Origin: Trueperaceae bacterium
Lineage (GTDB): Bacteria > Deinococcota > Deinococci > Deinococcales > Trueperaceae
Length of the DNA: 64,000 nucleotides
NCBI GenBank assembly: GCA_034521815.1
Contig: JAXHLW010000013.1
Location: 1,088,001-1,152,000, forward strand
Direction: 5' to 3'
The first letter of the stretch is position 1, and each line of letters begins with the position of its first letter. Shown here piece by piece: positions 1 to 9,127 of this stretch. The notes beneath the pieces were generated by a model. The model saw nothing but the letters and a program-made list of their open reading frames with translations, was not told the DNA's origin and did no database searches. The translations under genes and the position numbers were made by a program.

Positions 1-2517
1 CAGCGGGCGCTCGAAGAGACCCGCGACATCGACCGCAACCTGGTCGAGGCTCAGGAGACCCGGCGGCTGCTGGACCGGCTGGTGGGCTACACGATCAGTC
101 CGCTGCTGTGGCGCAAGATCGCGCCGCGGCTCTCGGCCGGGAGGGTGCAGTCCGTCGCGGTCCGGATTCTCGTGCAGCGCGAGAAGGAACGTCTGGCGTT
201 CGTGCCGGCGGGGTACTGGGATCTCGAGGCGACGCTGGTGGCGGCCGGCGTCGAGCCGGCTGCGGCCCGGTCGTTCGCCGCGACGGCGACGCACGTGGAC
301 GGCGTGCGTCTGGCCTCCGGCAAGGACTTCGATCCCGACACCGGACGCCTGAAGGACGGTCTCGTCGAGGGCCGCGACCTGATGCTGATGGGCGAGGACG
401 AGGCGCGGCGGCTGGCGGACGCCGCCAAGGAGGCGCCGTTCAGCGTCGTCTCGATCGAGGAGCGCGAACAGACCCGCAACCCCTCGCCGCCGTTCACGAC
501 CTCGACGCTGCAGCAGGAGTCCAGCCGCAAGCTCGGACTCTCGGCGCGCGACACCATGCGCGTCGCGCAGGGCCTGTACGAGCGGGGCCTGATCACCTAC
601 ATGCGAACCGACTCGACGCACCTGTCGGGCGAGGCGATCGGCGCAGCCCGCAAGCGGGTCGAGACGTTGTACGGCGCCGACTACCTGTTCGAGCGGGTCC
701 GGCAGTACAAGGGCAAGTCCCGCAACGCGCAGGAGGCCCACGAGGCGATCCGCCCGGCCGGCAACCAGATGCGGACGGCGAAGGAGCATCAGCTGAAGGG
801 ACGCGACGCCGCGCTCTACGACCTGATCTGGAAGCGGACGATCGCCACGCAGATGGCCGAGGCTCGGCTCAAGTTCGTCACGGCCAGGATCGAGGTCCAG
901 GCCGAAGAGCGGACGATGAGCCTACGCGCCAGCGGCCGGCAGGTGCTCTTTCCCGGGTTCTTTCGCGCCTACGTCGAGGGGAGCGACGATCCCGAGGCCG
1001 CCCTCGACGATCGCGACCAGCCGCTTCCCCCGCTCGCCGAGGGCGACGCGCTCGAGGCGCAGGCGCTCGACGCCAGCGGCCACGAGACGAAGCCGCCCGC
1101 GCGCTTCACCGAAGCGTCGCTGGTGAAGATCCTCGAGGCCGAGGGGATCGGTCGGCCGTCGACGTACGCCAGCATCATCGACACGATCGTGAACCGAGGG
1201 TACGTCCGCAAGAACGGGCAGCAGCTCGTGCCGACGTTCACGGCGTTCGCGACGAACAACCTGCTGGAGCATCAGTTCACCCAGCTCGTCGATACCGAGT
1301 TCACCGCCGAGATGGAGGCGAAGCTCGACGCCATCGCCGCCGGCACGCTCGAAGCGCTGCCCTACCTGAAAGGGTTCTACGGCGGTAGCGAAGGCATCGA
1401 GGCCCGCGTCGCCGAGGGGATCGACGGGATCGACCCCAAGCTGATCAGCACCGTCCGAAGCACGAAGTGGGATCCGTACCTGGTCCGCGTCGGGCGCTAC
1501 GGCCCCTACGTCGAGGCGGAGGTCGAGGGCGAGACCCTCAAGACCTCGCTCAACGACGAGTGGGCGCCCGCCGACGTGACCCGCGAGATGCTCGAGGAGC
1601 TGATCGAGCGCGAGCGTCAGGGCGACATCCCGGTCGGCGAGGCCGAGGACGGAACGACGATGCTGCTCAAGAACGGTCCGTACGGACCGTACCTCCAGCT
1701 CGGACCCGACGACCAGGAGGGCAAGCCCAAGCGCGTCTCGGTCCCGCCCGGCGTGTCGCCGAACGCGGTCGACGCGTCGATGGCGCAGCGGCTGCTGGAC
1801 CTCCCGCGACAGATCGGCGCCCATCCCGAGACCGGCAAGCGGATCGACGCCGGCATCGGGCGCTACGGTCCGTACGTTCGGCACGAACGCACCTACGCCT
1901 CGTTGACGCCCGAGGACGACGTGCTCGAGATCGGCGTCGACCGCGCCGTCGAGCTGTTGGCCGCCAAGAAGCGGAAGGGCCGGCGCGAGCCGTTGCGGAC
2001 GCTGGGCGAGCACCCCGAGACCGGCGAGCCGATCGAGCTCCACGACGGGCGTTTCGGGCCGTACGTCAAGCACGGCAAGACGAACGCCTCGCTCCGGAAG
2101 GAGCACTCGCCCGACGACCTCGCGATGGAGCAGGCGCTCGAGCTGCTCGCCGCCCGCGAGGCGCGCAAGGGCGCGGCCAAGACCTCACGCAAGGGCGCGA
2201 GCACGTCCAAGGCGAAGGCGAAGACCAAGACCAAGCGCGCCAAGACCAAGCGCGCCACGACCAAGAAGAAGGCGTCCTCCCCGCCGAAGCCCAAGGCGAC
2301 GCCCGCCGATCTCGAGCCGTTCCTGAGCGAGCTCGACGATGCCGACCGCGAAGCGGTCGCGCGGGTCGAGGGGATGGCTGGACACCAGGCGGCGCCGATC
2401 GGACAGGTCGCGACCGCGCTCGAGACCGACGAGGCCGACATCGCCGCCCGTCACAAACGAGGCCTGTTCAAGCTGCGCATGACGTACGGCCGCGCCCGCA
2501 AGCGCGCCCAGACCTGA
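1..2517 (+). CDS. topA: DNA topoisomerase I (type IA), 5' end outside window
   Basis: Open from base 1 (QRALEETRD..RRLLDRLVGY). Motifs SAGRVQS, LITYMRTDS (catalytic Tyr), AQEAHEAIRP, GIGRPSTYA; C-terminal GRYGPY repeats and a Lys-rich tail. Confidence 0.97.
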   Translation, partial: QRALEETRDIDRNLVEAQETRRLLDRLVGYTISPLLWRKIAPRLSAGRVQSVAVRILVQREKERLAFVPAGYWDLEATLVAAGVEPAAARSFAATATHVDGVRLASGKDFDPDTGRLKDGLVEGRDLMLMGEDEARRLADAAKEAPFSVVSIEEREQTRNPSPPFTTSTLQQESSRKLGLSARDTMRVAQGLYERGLITYMRTDSTHLSGEAIGAARKRVETLYGADYLFERVRQYKGKSRNAQEAHEAIRPAGNQMRTAKEHQLKGRDAALYDLIWKRTIATQMAEARLKFVTARIEVQAEERTMSLRASGRQVLFPGFFRAYVEGSDDPEAALDDRDQPLPPLAEGDALEAQALDASGHETKPPARFTEASLVKILEAEGIGRPSTYASIIDTIVNRGYVRKNGQQLVPTFTAFATNNLLEHQFTQLVDTEFTAEMEAKLDAIAAGTLEALPYLKGFYGGSEGIEARVAEGIDGIDPKLISTVRSTKWDPYLVRVGRYGPYVEAEVEGETLKTSLNDEWAPADVTREMLEELIERERQGDIPVGEAEDGTTMLLKNGPYGPYLQLGPDDQEGKPKRVSVPPGVSPNAVDASMAQRLLDLPRQIGAHPETGKRIDAGIGRYGPYVRHERTYASLTPEDDVLEIGVDRAVELLAAKKRKGRREPLRTLGEHPETGEPIELHDGRFGPYVKHGKTNASLRKEHSPDDLAMEQALELLAAREARKGAAKTSRKGASTSKAKAKTKTKRAKTKRATTKKKASSPPKPKATPADLEPFLSELDDADREAVARVEGMAGHQAAPIGQVATALETDEADIAARHKRGLFKLRMTYGRARKRAQT

Positions 2518-2547
2518 GGCCGACGATCGGCTAGGTAGGATGCTTTC

Positions 2548-3300
2548 GTGGCAACCCAGCGCTACCGCGTCCGCGAGGGCATCGTGGTTCGGCGCACCCC
2601 GCTCCCTTCGGGCGACGTCGTCGTCACGCTGCTCTCCCCCGACGGCAAGTGGCGTGCCGTGGCTCGCAAGGGCAGGCTCCTGGGCGGCAACCCGGGGCGC
2701 CTGTCGTTGTTCCACGACGTCACCTTGCAGGTCTACCAGCGCCGCGCCGACGACCTCGCGGTCGTGGCGCAGGTGCGTCTGAACGGCGCGCTGTCGCGCC
2801 TGTCCGATCCCGCCGTCTACCCGTACGCCCACCTGCTGGCCGAGCTCGCCGACCGGTTGACGGTGGACGTGCACGTGGGCGAGCCGCTCCACGCCTGGCT
2901 TGCGAGCGGGCTTCGCGGCCTGAACGAGGACGACGATCCGGAGCGTGTCGCGCTGGTTCACGCCTGGATGCTGTTGCGTGTCGCCGGCCTGGGTCCGGAC
3001 GCGAGCGACGAGGCGGCGCCCGACCACGAAGGCGATCCGCGCTTCGATCTCGTCGGCGGGCGCCTCGCCCGGACCGGCGAGGGGATCGCCCTGCGAGACG
3101 ATACGGCGCACGACCTGCGCATCCTGATCATCGGCCGCGCGCGCGACGCCTTGCGACAGCCGTTCTCGGACCGCGCCACCCACTGGCGCCTGCTGGCGCG
3201 GTACGTGGCGTGGCACGTCGACGATCTGCGCAGTCTCGGCGGCGTCGCGGGGTCGCGTAGCGGACCCCCGACCGCCGGCACGTTCGGCACGCCGCGGTGA
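2548..3300 (+). CDS. recO: DNA repair protein RecO
   Basis: N-terminal OB fold EGIVVRR..PSGDVVVTLLSPDGKWRAVARKG; YPYAHLLAEL; TAGGAT -10 box 6 nt before GTG. Confidence 0.85.
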   Translation: MATQRYRVREGIVVRRTPLPSGDVVVTLLSPDGKWRAVARKGRLLGGNPGRLSLFHDVTLQVYQRRADDLAVVAQVRLNGALSRLSDPAVYPYAHLLAELADRLTVDVHVGEPLHAWLASGLRGLNEDDDPERVALVHAWMLLRVAGLGPDASDEAAPDHEGDPRFDLVGGRLARTGEGIALRDDTAHDLRILIIGRARDALRQPFSDRATHWRLLARYVAWHVDDLRSLGGVAGSRSGPPTAGTFGTPR

Positions 3301-3899
3301 CGTTCGACCTCGGCGCCGCCCTGGCGGCCGGATACTTCGTGGGCGGCGTGCCGGTCGCCATGCTCGTGGCCCGCGCCATCGGACACGACATCTTCGCCGT
3401 CGGCTCGGGGAACATGGGCGCGATGAACACCGCTCGCAACGTCGGGCCGCTCGCCGGTGTCGTCGTCCTGGTGCTGGACCTCGGGAAGGGGGCGCTGGCC
3501 GCGGCGATCGGGATCCGAATGGCGGTCGCCGCCGGGATCGCCGATCCGTTGGCGATGGCCCTGGCCGGAGGCGTGGGCGCGGTGATCGGGCACGCCTGGT
3601 CGCCGTACGTCCGGTTCCGTGGTGGGAAGGCGCTCGCCACCGCGTTCGGTGCGACGCTTCCTATCGTGCCGTGGGCGGGCGGCGCCGGCGTGGTGCTGCT
3701 GATCGCGCTGACGCTGATCGTGCGCAACGCCACGGTGGCCTCGGTCGCCACCTTGACGCTGTACCCGTTCCTGACCGGGGCCGTTCTGACGCGGCTCGGC
3801 TGGCCCCGCGAGGACGCCTTCGCCGCTGCCACGGCCGCTGCCGCGATCGCGATCGTCTCCATCGTCAAGCACCTGCGCGCGCGTCGCGCGCGGTCGTGA
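3297..3899 (+). CDS. plsY: Glycerol-3-phosphate acyltransferase PlsY
   Basis: GSGNMGAMN, DLGKG, GHAWSPY..FRGGKALAT motifs; hydrophobic; GTGA overlap with recO. Confidence 0.92.
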   Translation: MTFDLGAALAAGYFVGGVPVAMLVARAIGHDIFAVGSGNMGAMNTARNVGPLAGVVVLVLDLGKGALAAAIGIRMAVAAGIADPLAMALAGGVGAVIGHAWSPYVRFRGGKALATAFGATLPIVPWAGGAGVVLLIALTLIVRNATVASVATLTLYPFLTGAVLTRLGWPREDAFAAATAAAAIAIVSIVKHLRARRARS

Positions 3900-3921
3900 A
3901 CGCGGGCGGGCGCCCCTCGCG

Positions 3922-5238
3922 CTACTGCCAGCGCTCCCAGCCGGGCACCGGCTGGCCGAGAAGCCACGGTCGGATCTCGCCGATCAGGTAGAGGCTCCCC
4001 GCGACCAGCACCGAGCCGGACGTCCGGTCGTGCGCCGCCGCCGACACGGCGTCACGAGGATCGTCGTGCACGCCCGCCACGCTCAGTCCCAGCGACGTCG
4101 CGAGCGCGGCCGCCTCGCGGGGCGGAAGCGCCCGCGGGCTCAGCGTCGCCCGGGTGAGGAACAGCGACGAGATGTGCGGCGCCAGCTCGCTCAGAACGCC
4201 CGCGACGTCCTTGTCGCGACTGGCGCCGAACACCAGGGCGGGCCGCTCGCCCAGCTCGCTCAGCGTGTCCGCCAGAGCCTTCGCGGCGGCGGGGTTGTGC
4301 GCGCCGTCGAGGAGCAGGCGAACGCCGTCGGGCAGCGGCCAGCGCGGGTCGGCGCCGTCGCGGGGGCCGACCGCCTCCAGTCGCCCGGGCCAGCGGGTCG
4401 CCCGCGCACCCTCCGCCACCGACCGGTCGGACACGCCCAGCTCCCCCGCGACGCAGGCGGCCAGCGCTGCGTTCTGGGCCTGATGGCGACCCACCAGCGG
4501 CGTGGCGAGGACGAGCTCCGAGCGTCCCTCCCGCCCCACGCTCACGGTCGATCCGGCCCAGCCGTGCGAGCGGACGTGCACGTCGGCGTCCCGTCCGAGG
4601 AAGCGCAGCGGCGCGCCGATCTCGTGGGCGGCGGCGCGAAGAGCGTCCGCCGCCTCGCCACGGGCGGAGCTCCACGCCGGGACGCCGCGCCTGAGGATGC
4701 CCGCCTTCTCGCGCGCGATCGCGGTCAGGCTGGAGCCCAGCACCGCCTGGTGGTCCAGGGCGATGGAGGTGATCGCGCCGGCCACCGGCTCCAGCGCGTT
4801 CGTGGCGTCCAGTCGGCCCCCCAGCCCGACCTCCATGACGGCGACGTCGACGCCGGCCTTCGCGAACCTGACGCACGCCAGCGCGGTCAGCGCTTCGAAG
4901 AACGTCGCTCCGACCGCCTCCGCGTGGGGCAGGATCTCGGCCACCGCATCGTCGAACGCCTCGTCCGACATCGGCGATCCGCCCACGGTGACGCGCTCGC
5001 CGGGCGACGCGAGGTGCGGACTGACGAAGCGGCCCACCGACCGTCCCTCGGCCCGCACCATCGCGTCGAGGTGGGCGACCGTCGCGCCCTTGCCGTTCGT
5101 CCCGGCGACCAGCACGGCGTCGAAGGCTCGTTGCGGATGTCCCAGCCGGGCGAGAAGGGCGCGCGTCCGCTCCAACCCGGGCACCACGCCGAAGCGCTGC
5201 AGGGCGAACAGCCGCGCGGTGGCGGCGCCGTCGCTCAC
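3922..5238 (-). CDS. folC: Folylpolyglutamate synthase/dihydrofolate synthase
   Basis: VAGTNGKG, SPHL, EVGLGGRLDATN, WPGRLE, LDGAHNP, GSLYLIG; start set at the GTG overlapping the upstream HD gene stop. Confidence 0.93.
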   Translation of the reverse strand: MSDGAATARLFALQRFGVVPGLERTRALLARLGHPQRAFDAVLVAGTNGKGATVAHLDAMVRAEGRSVGRFVSPHLASPGERVTVGGSPMSDEAFDDAVAEILPHAEAVGATFFEALTALACVRFAKAGVDVAVMEVGLGGRLDATNALEPVAGAITSIALDHQAVLGSSLTAIAREKAGILRRGVPAWSSARGEAADALRAAAHEIGAPLRFLGRDADVHVRSHGWAGSTVSVGREGRSELVLATPLVGRHQAQNAALAACVAGELGVSDRSVAEGARATRWPGRLEAVGPRDGADPRWPLPDGVRLLLDGAHNPAAAKALADTLSELGERPALVFGASRDKDVAGVLSELAPHISSLFLTRATLSPRALPPREAAALATSLGLSVAGVHDDPRDAVSAAAHDRTSGSVLVAGSLYLIGEIRPWLLGQPVPGWERWQ

Positions 5239-5735
5239 GTGCAGCGGTCCGCCTCGTGGACCCAGCGAGCGTGCGCGTCGTCGTCGGGTGGACGGTCGTG
5301 GCGGGCGACGAGCTCCGCGAGTCGAGGGGATCCGCCCGCGTCTCGGATCATCGTCGCCCCGTAGGCGGCGTGATGGGCGGCCGTCTGGCGTGCCCCCGCG
5401 ATCCCGTTCCTTGGCGGCTCGGCCGGTGGCGGAGACGCCTTGACGAGGTGCACCAGGATCCGTTCGTCGACCCGGTAGCGACGCCGGCTCTTGCCGACGT
5501 CGTGCAGGAGCGCCGCTCGCACCACGACGTCCGGGGCCGCTGGGTGCCGGCGCAGCAGCTCGCGCGCGACGCGGACGGCGTGATCGCGGTCGCGCGGGTC
5601 CATCGCGAGGTACAGGCCGAGCTCGCCTTCGCTCAGGCGCGACGACGCCCAGTCGTCGTCCGGCGCGACCAGCGAACGGTGCACGCCGCGCACGGTGCGC
5701 AGCGCCGCGTTCCACGCCCAGCTCCACGGTCTCAT
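5235..5735 (-). CDS. HD-domain metal-dependent phosphohydrolase
   Basis: DHAVRVA..AALLHDVGK..HHAAYGA..ARHD..EAD pattern; TACGCT -10 box 6 nt before ATG. Confidence 0.8.
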   Translation of the reverse strand: MRPWSWAWNAALRTVRGVHRSLVAPDDDWASSRLSEGELGLYLAMDPRDRDHAVRVARELLRRHPAAPDVVVRAALLHDVGKSRRRYRVDERILVHLVKASPPPAEPPRNGIAGARQTAAHHAAYGATMIRDAGGSPRLAELVARHDRPPDDDAHARWVHEADRCT

Positions 5736-5840
5736 GGCGGGAGCGTACCAAGCAGGCGCCGTCCAGGACGCGGTGTCGGGCGCCCGCTGCGCTATGCTGG
5801 CCGGGATTCCATGATGACGTCTCGTTCGCGCGTTCACCCG

Positions 5841-6992
5841 ATGTCGATCCTCCGTCGCGTCCCCCTCGTTCGGGCGGCGCTCCTGTTCACGGCGGTCGCG
5901 ATCCTCGCGCTCGCGGCCGGACCCGCGCGGGCCCAGGGGCTGGTCGAGGACCCGCCCACCGTCACGACCGGTCCGACCTCGCTCAGCGGCGAGGAGCCCG
6001 AGGCGCTGGCCGACGAGGTCGTCGAAAGCTGGCTCGCGACCGAGCCGAGGCCCCTCTCCGAGCTGAGCCGACTGGACGCCGAGACGCTCTGCCGCGAGCT
6101 GCCCGCGTTGTTCGCGGCGCCGCCTCCCCCGGCGGGAACCGAGGTCGACATCGGCGATCGCCAGCAGCGCGACACCGGCTCGGACGACCGGCGCCGCTAC
6201 ACCTACGCCGCCGAGATCCCTCCCGACCGCCTCGACGTGGTCGAGGTCGTCCTGGTCCGCGACGGCCAGACCTGGCGCGTGGAGCGTGTGGGATTCCAGA
6301 TCGAGGCGACGACCGGTCGCTCGTGGCTTCAGTCGCGTGCAGCGGGCGTCGGCTTCGCGCTGGTCTCGCTTCTGTTCCTGGCTTCGCTGTTCCGGCCCTC
6401 GCCGCTGCGCCGCTGGCTGACCTCGGGACGCGACGCGATCCGTGAGCATCGACGCCTGGTGACGTGGACGATGATCCTCGGCTGGTCGGTGGTCGCCGTC
6501 GGCCTCTGGTCGGGCAGCCGCCTCCCCGACGCGTGCGAGGACGCGGTGCTCGTCGTGCTGGGGAGCACCTTGGAGCAGGTCGGTGCGACCCAGGCGCTGG
6601 CCAGTGGCGACGTGGCTCGCACGGCGCTGGTGATCTTCTACCAGAACTTCTTCGTGGTCACGCTGACCGCGCTCTTCGGCAGCGCGCTGCTGCTCGGCGT
6701 ACCGGCCTACCTGCTGGCGGGCGCGTCGTTCCTGGCGCAGTCCACCGCCTTCGGCGTCTTGGGCGTGGGCGGCTTCCCGGAGGTGCTGCTCGTGGCGGTG
6801 CTGTTCGTGCTCGAGTTCACCGCCTACTTCCTGGTCGTCTCAGGGGGCGGGATGCTGGTCGTCTCGCTGGCTCGCGGAGGGTTCGCCGGACTCGGCGCCG
6901 GCTACCGCAAGCTGATCTGGACCCTGCCGTGGGCCGGGCTGTTCCTGCTGATCGGCGCCTGGTACGAAGCCGCGATCCTGCTGGCGTTCTGA
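5841..6992 (+). CDS. Membrane protein with signal peptide, soluble N-domain and SpoIIM/DUF95-like TM domain
   Basis: Signal-like segment ending ARA-QG; C-terminal IFYQNF..LEFTAYF..GAWYEA helices. Start may be 5811. Confidence 0.6.
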   Translation: MSILRRVPLVRAALLFTAVAILALAAGPARAQGLVEDPPTVTTGPTSLSGEEPEALADEVVESWLATEPRPLSELSRLDAETLCRELPALFAAPPPPAGTEVDIGDRQQRDTGSDDRRRYTYAAEIPPDRLDVVEVVLVRDGQTWRVERVGFQIEATTGRSWLQSRAAGVGFALVSLLFLASLFRPSPLRRWLTSGRDAIREHRRLVTWTMILGWSVVAVGLWSGSRLPDACEDAVLVVLGSTLEQVGATQALASGDVARTALVIFYQNFFVVTLTALFGSALLLGVPAYLLAGASFLAQSTAFGVLGVGGFPEVLLVAVLFVLEFTAYFLVVSGGGMLVVSLARGGFAGLGAGYRKLIWTLPWAGLFLLIGAWYEAAILLAF

Positions 6993-7013
6993 GCACCAGC
7001 TGGCGCACGCCGG

Positions 7014-7955
7014 TCAGGGATCGTCGCCCCAGGCCGCTCGGACGGCCGACGCCACGTCGAGGATCGAACGACAACCGTCGAACGCCCGAGCTCCCGGCCC
7101 GACGGCGGCCAGCGGCACGTCGGCTCGGGTGTGGCGCCGGTGGGCGGCATCTTCGAGGTTGCCGTGGTCGCTCGTGAGCACGACCGTCGTGGCCGAATCC
7201 CGCGCGCCCAGGACCCCGGCCAGGAACGCGTCGAGGAGGCGAACCAGGTCGCGGGCCTCCGCCAGCCCGCCCCGATGTCCGACGCGGTCGGTGAGCCACA
7301 CGTCGAGGAACGAGAACCCCTTGTCGGCCATCGCCGTGGCCAGGCGTCGGCCGGCCCGTTCGGCTCCCGTAGGGCCGGGCACGAACCCGCCCGGCGGCTC
7401 GATCCCCTTCGACGCGAACCACGCACCGTCGAGATCCGCCGCCACGGCCTTCCCCTCCCGGTACGCCGCCTGGCCGGGCAGGTCCACGCCCGCGCTCCGC
7501 GCTGCGTACGCCGGAGCGTTCAGGCGCAGCCGTCCGTGCTCGAGCGCATCGAAGAAGCCGGGCGGGTACGCCCCGCCCCAGGCGACCGCGTCGCGACCGA
7601 ACCGCCTGGCAGCCCACTCGAACAGCTGGCCCTCGTCCAGCAGCCGTTTCAGGGTGGGTCCCGGCCACGGACCGTAGTGCCCGTCCATCACCGAGGCGGC
7701 GTTCTTTCCGGTCAGCAGCGCGCTCTGCCCGGTCGCCGACTGGGGCAGCCCGGAGGCGCCCAGGGTGGCGTCGAGCCGCGCGAACCGTCCCGCGGCGCTC
7801 TGGCCGGTGCGGGGCGCGACGAAGTCGCCTCCCGCGACGGCGTCCAACGTCGGCGTCGGAACCGCGGCGAACGGGTTCCGCTCGGGATCGTCGGTCCCCA
7901 GACCGACGCCGTCGACGAAGACGAACAGGACGCCGGACGGTCGCGGAGCGTTCAG
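7014..7955 (-). CDS. Alkaline-phosphatase-superfamily metalloenzyme (iPGM/phosphopentomutase-like)
   Basis: FVDGVG, PQSATGQ, TDRVGH, TSDHGN, HT metal-ligand motifs; start uncertain (CTG overlapping the trpS stop). Confidence 0.75.
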   Translation of the reverse strand: MNAPRPSGVLFVFVDGVGLGTDDPERNPFAAVPTPTLDAVAGGDFVAPRTGQSAAGRFARLDATLGASGLPQSATGQSALLTGKNAASVMDGHYGPWPGPTLKRLLDEGQLFEWAARRFGRDAVAWGGAYPPGFFDALEHGRLRLNAPAYAARSAGVDLPGQAAYREGKAVAADLDGAWFASKGIEPPGGFVPGPTGAERAGRRLATAMADKGFSFLDVWLTDRVGHRGGLAEARDLVRLLDAFLAGVLGARDSATTVVLTSDHGNLEDAAHRRHTRADVPLAAVGPGARAFDGCRSILDVASAVRAAWGDDP

Positions 7956-9073
7956 GTGCCGACGCCCAGCGCGGTCTTCGCGCGCGCCAACGTCGTGGCC
8001 GCCTGCTCGCGCGCCCGGTCGGCGCCCCGTGCCAGCACCGCGTCGAGCTCGGCGGGATCGGCAGCGTACTCCCGGTAGCGCTCCTGAATCGGCCGCAACG
8101 TCGCCAGGATCGCCTCCAGGGCAGCCTTCTTCAGGTCGCCGTAGCCCTTGCCTTCGAACCGTGCCTCGACCGCGTCCATCGGCTCGTTCGTCAGACTCTG
8201 GAGGACGCTCAGCAGGTTGCGGACGCCCGGACCGGCGTGCTCGAAGCGGACCTCGCGGCCCGAGTCCGTCACGGCGCTCATGACGGTCTTCTTGATCCGT
8301 GTCTCGTCGTCCAGGAGATGGACCGCGTGCCGGTCGCGCACCCGCGCGTACGACTTCGACATCTTGACCTCGGGGTCGTCGAAGCCCATCACGCGTGCTC
8401 CGCTCTTGGGAACGACCGCCTTCGGGAGCCGGAACACCGGACCGAACAGGTGATTGAAGCGTTGGGCGATGTCGCGGGTGAGCTCGACGTGCTGGACCTG
8501 ATCCTCGCCGACCGGGACGACGTCGGTGTCGTACAGCAGGATGTCGGCCGCCTGCAGCACCGGGTAGTCGAGCAGGCCGGTCGAGACCGACTCGCGACCC
8601 TCGCTCTTCGACTTGAACTGCGTCATCCGGTACAGCCAGCCCAGCGGCGTGGTGCAGTTGAGCAGCCAGGTGAGCTCGGCGTGCTCGCGCACGTGGGACT
8701 GGACGAACACGATGCTCGACTCGGGATCGATGCCCGAGGCGAGGTACAGCGCCGCCACCTCGCGACTCTTGGCGCGCAGCGTGCTCGGATCCACGTCCTC
8801 GGGAACGGTGAGGGCGTGGAGATCGACGACGCAGAAGATGTTGTCGCGCTCGACCTGGTGCTGGGCCCACTGGCGAAGCGCGCCGAGGTAGGTGCCGAGG
8901 TGGAGATCTCCAGAGGGCTGGACGCCCGAGAAGACCCGCGGGCGCGCGCCGCTCGCGGCGGCCAGCTCGGCCTCCGAGACGACGACGTCGGAACGGGCCG
9001 CGCCCGCGTGGTCTACGTCGGAACGGTCTACCTCGGAACGGTCGGCGTCGGAGGCGTCGGGGTTGGGTTCCAT
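7952..9073 (-). CDS. trpS: Tryptophanyl-tRNA synthetase
   Basis: FSGVQPSG.LHLG (HIGH-like), YPVLQAADILLY, VPVGEDQ.QH, KMSKS. Confidence 0.97.
   Translation of the reverse strand: MEPNPDASDADRSEVDRSDVDHAGAARSDVVVSEAELAAASGARPRVFSGVQPSGDLHLGTYLGALRQWAQHQVERDNIFCVVDLHALTVPEDVDPSTLRAKSREVAALYLASGIDPESSIVFVQSHVREHAELTWLLNCTTPLGWLYRMTQFKSKSEGRESVSTGLLDYPVLQAADILLYDTDVVPVGEDQVQHVELTRDIAQRFNHLFGPVFRLPKAVVPKSGARVMGFDDPEVKMSKSYARVRDRHAVHLLDDETRIKKTVMSAVTDSGREVRFEHAGPGVRNLLSVLQSLTNEPMDAVEARFEGKGYGDLKKAALEAILATLRPIQERYREYAADPAELDAVLARGADRAREQAATTLARAKTALGVGT
9010..9054. repeat. Imperfect 15-bp tandem repeat in the trpS N-terminal extension
   Basis: ggtctacgtcggaac / ggtctacctcggaac / ggtcggcgtcggagg. 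Confidence 0.7.
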
Positions 9074-9127
9074 GAGGCCCGAGGATAGCACCGGCCCGCT
9101 CGCTGCCCGGTCAGTCGGGAGCGCCGC

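Noticed and set aside
2161..2295. Lys/Ala/Thr-rich TopA segment as a novel histone-like gene
   Set aside because: Basic tails are common in TopA proteins with GRYGPY C-terminal repeats
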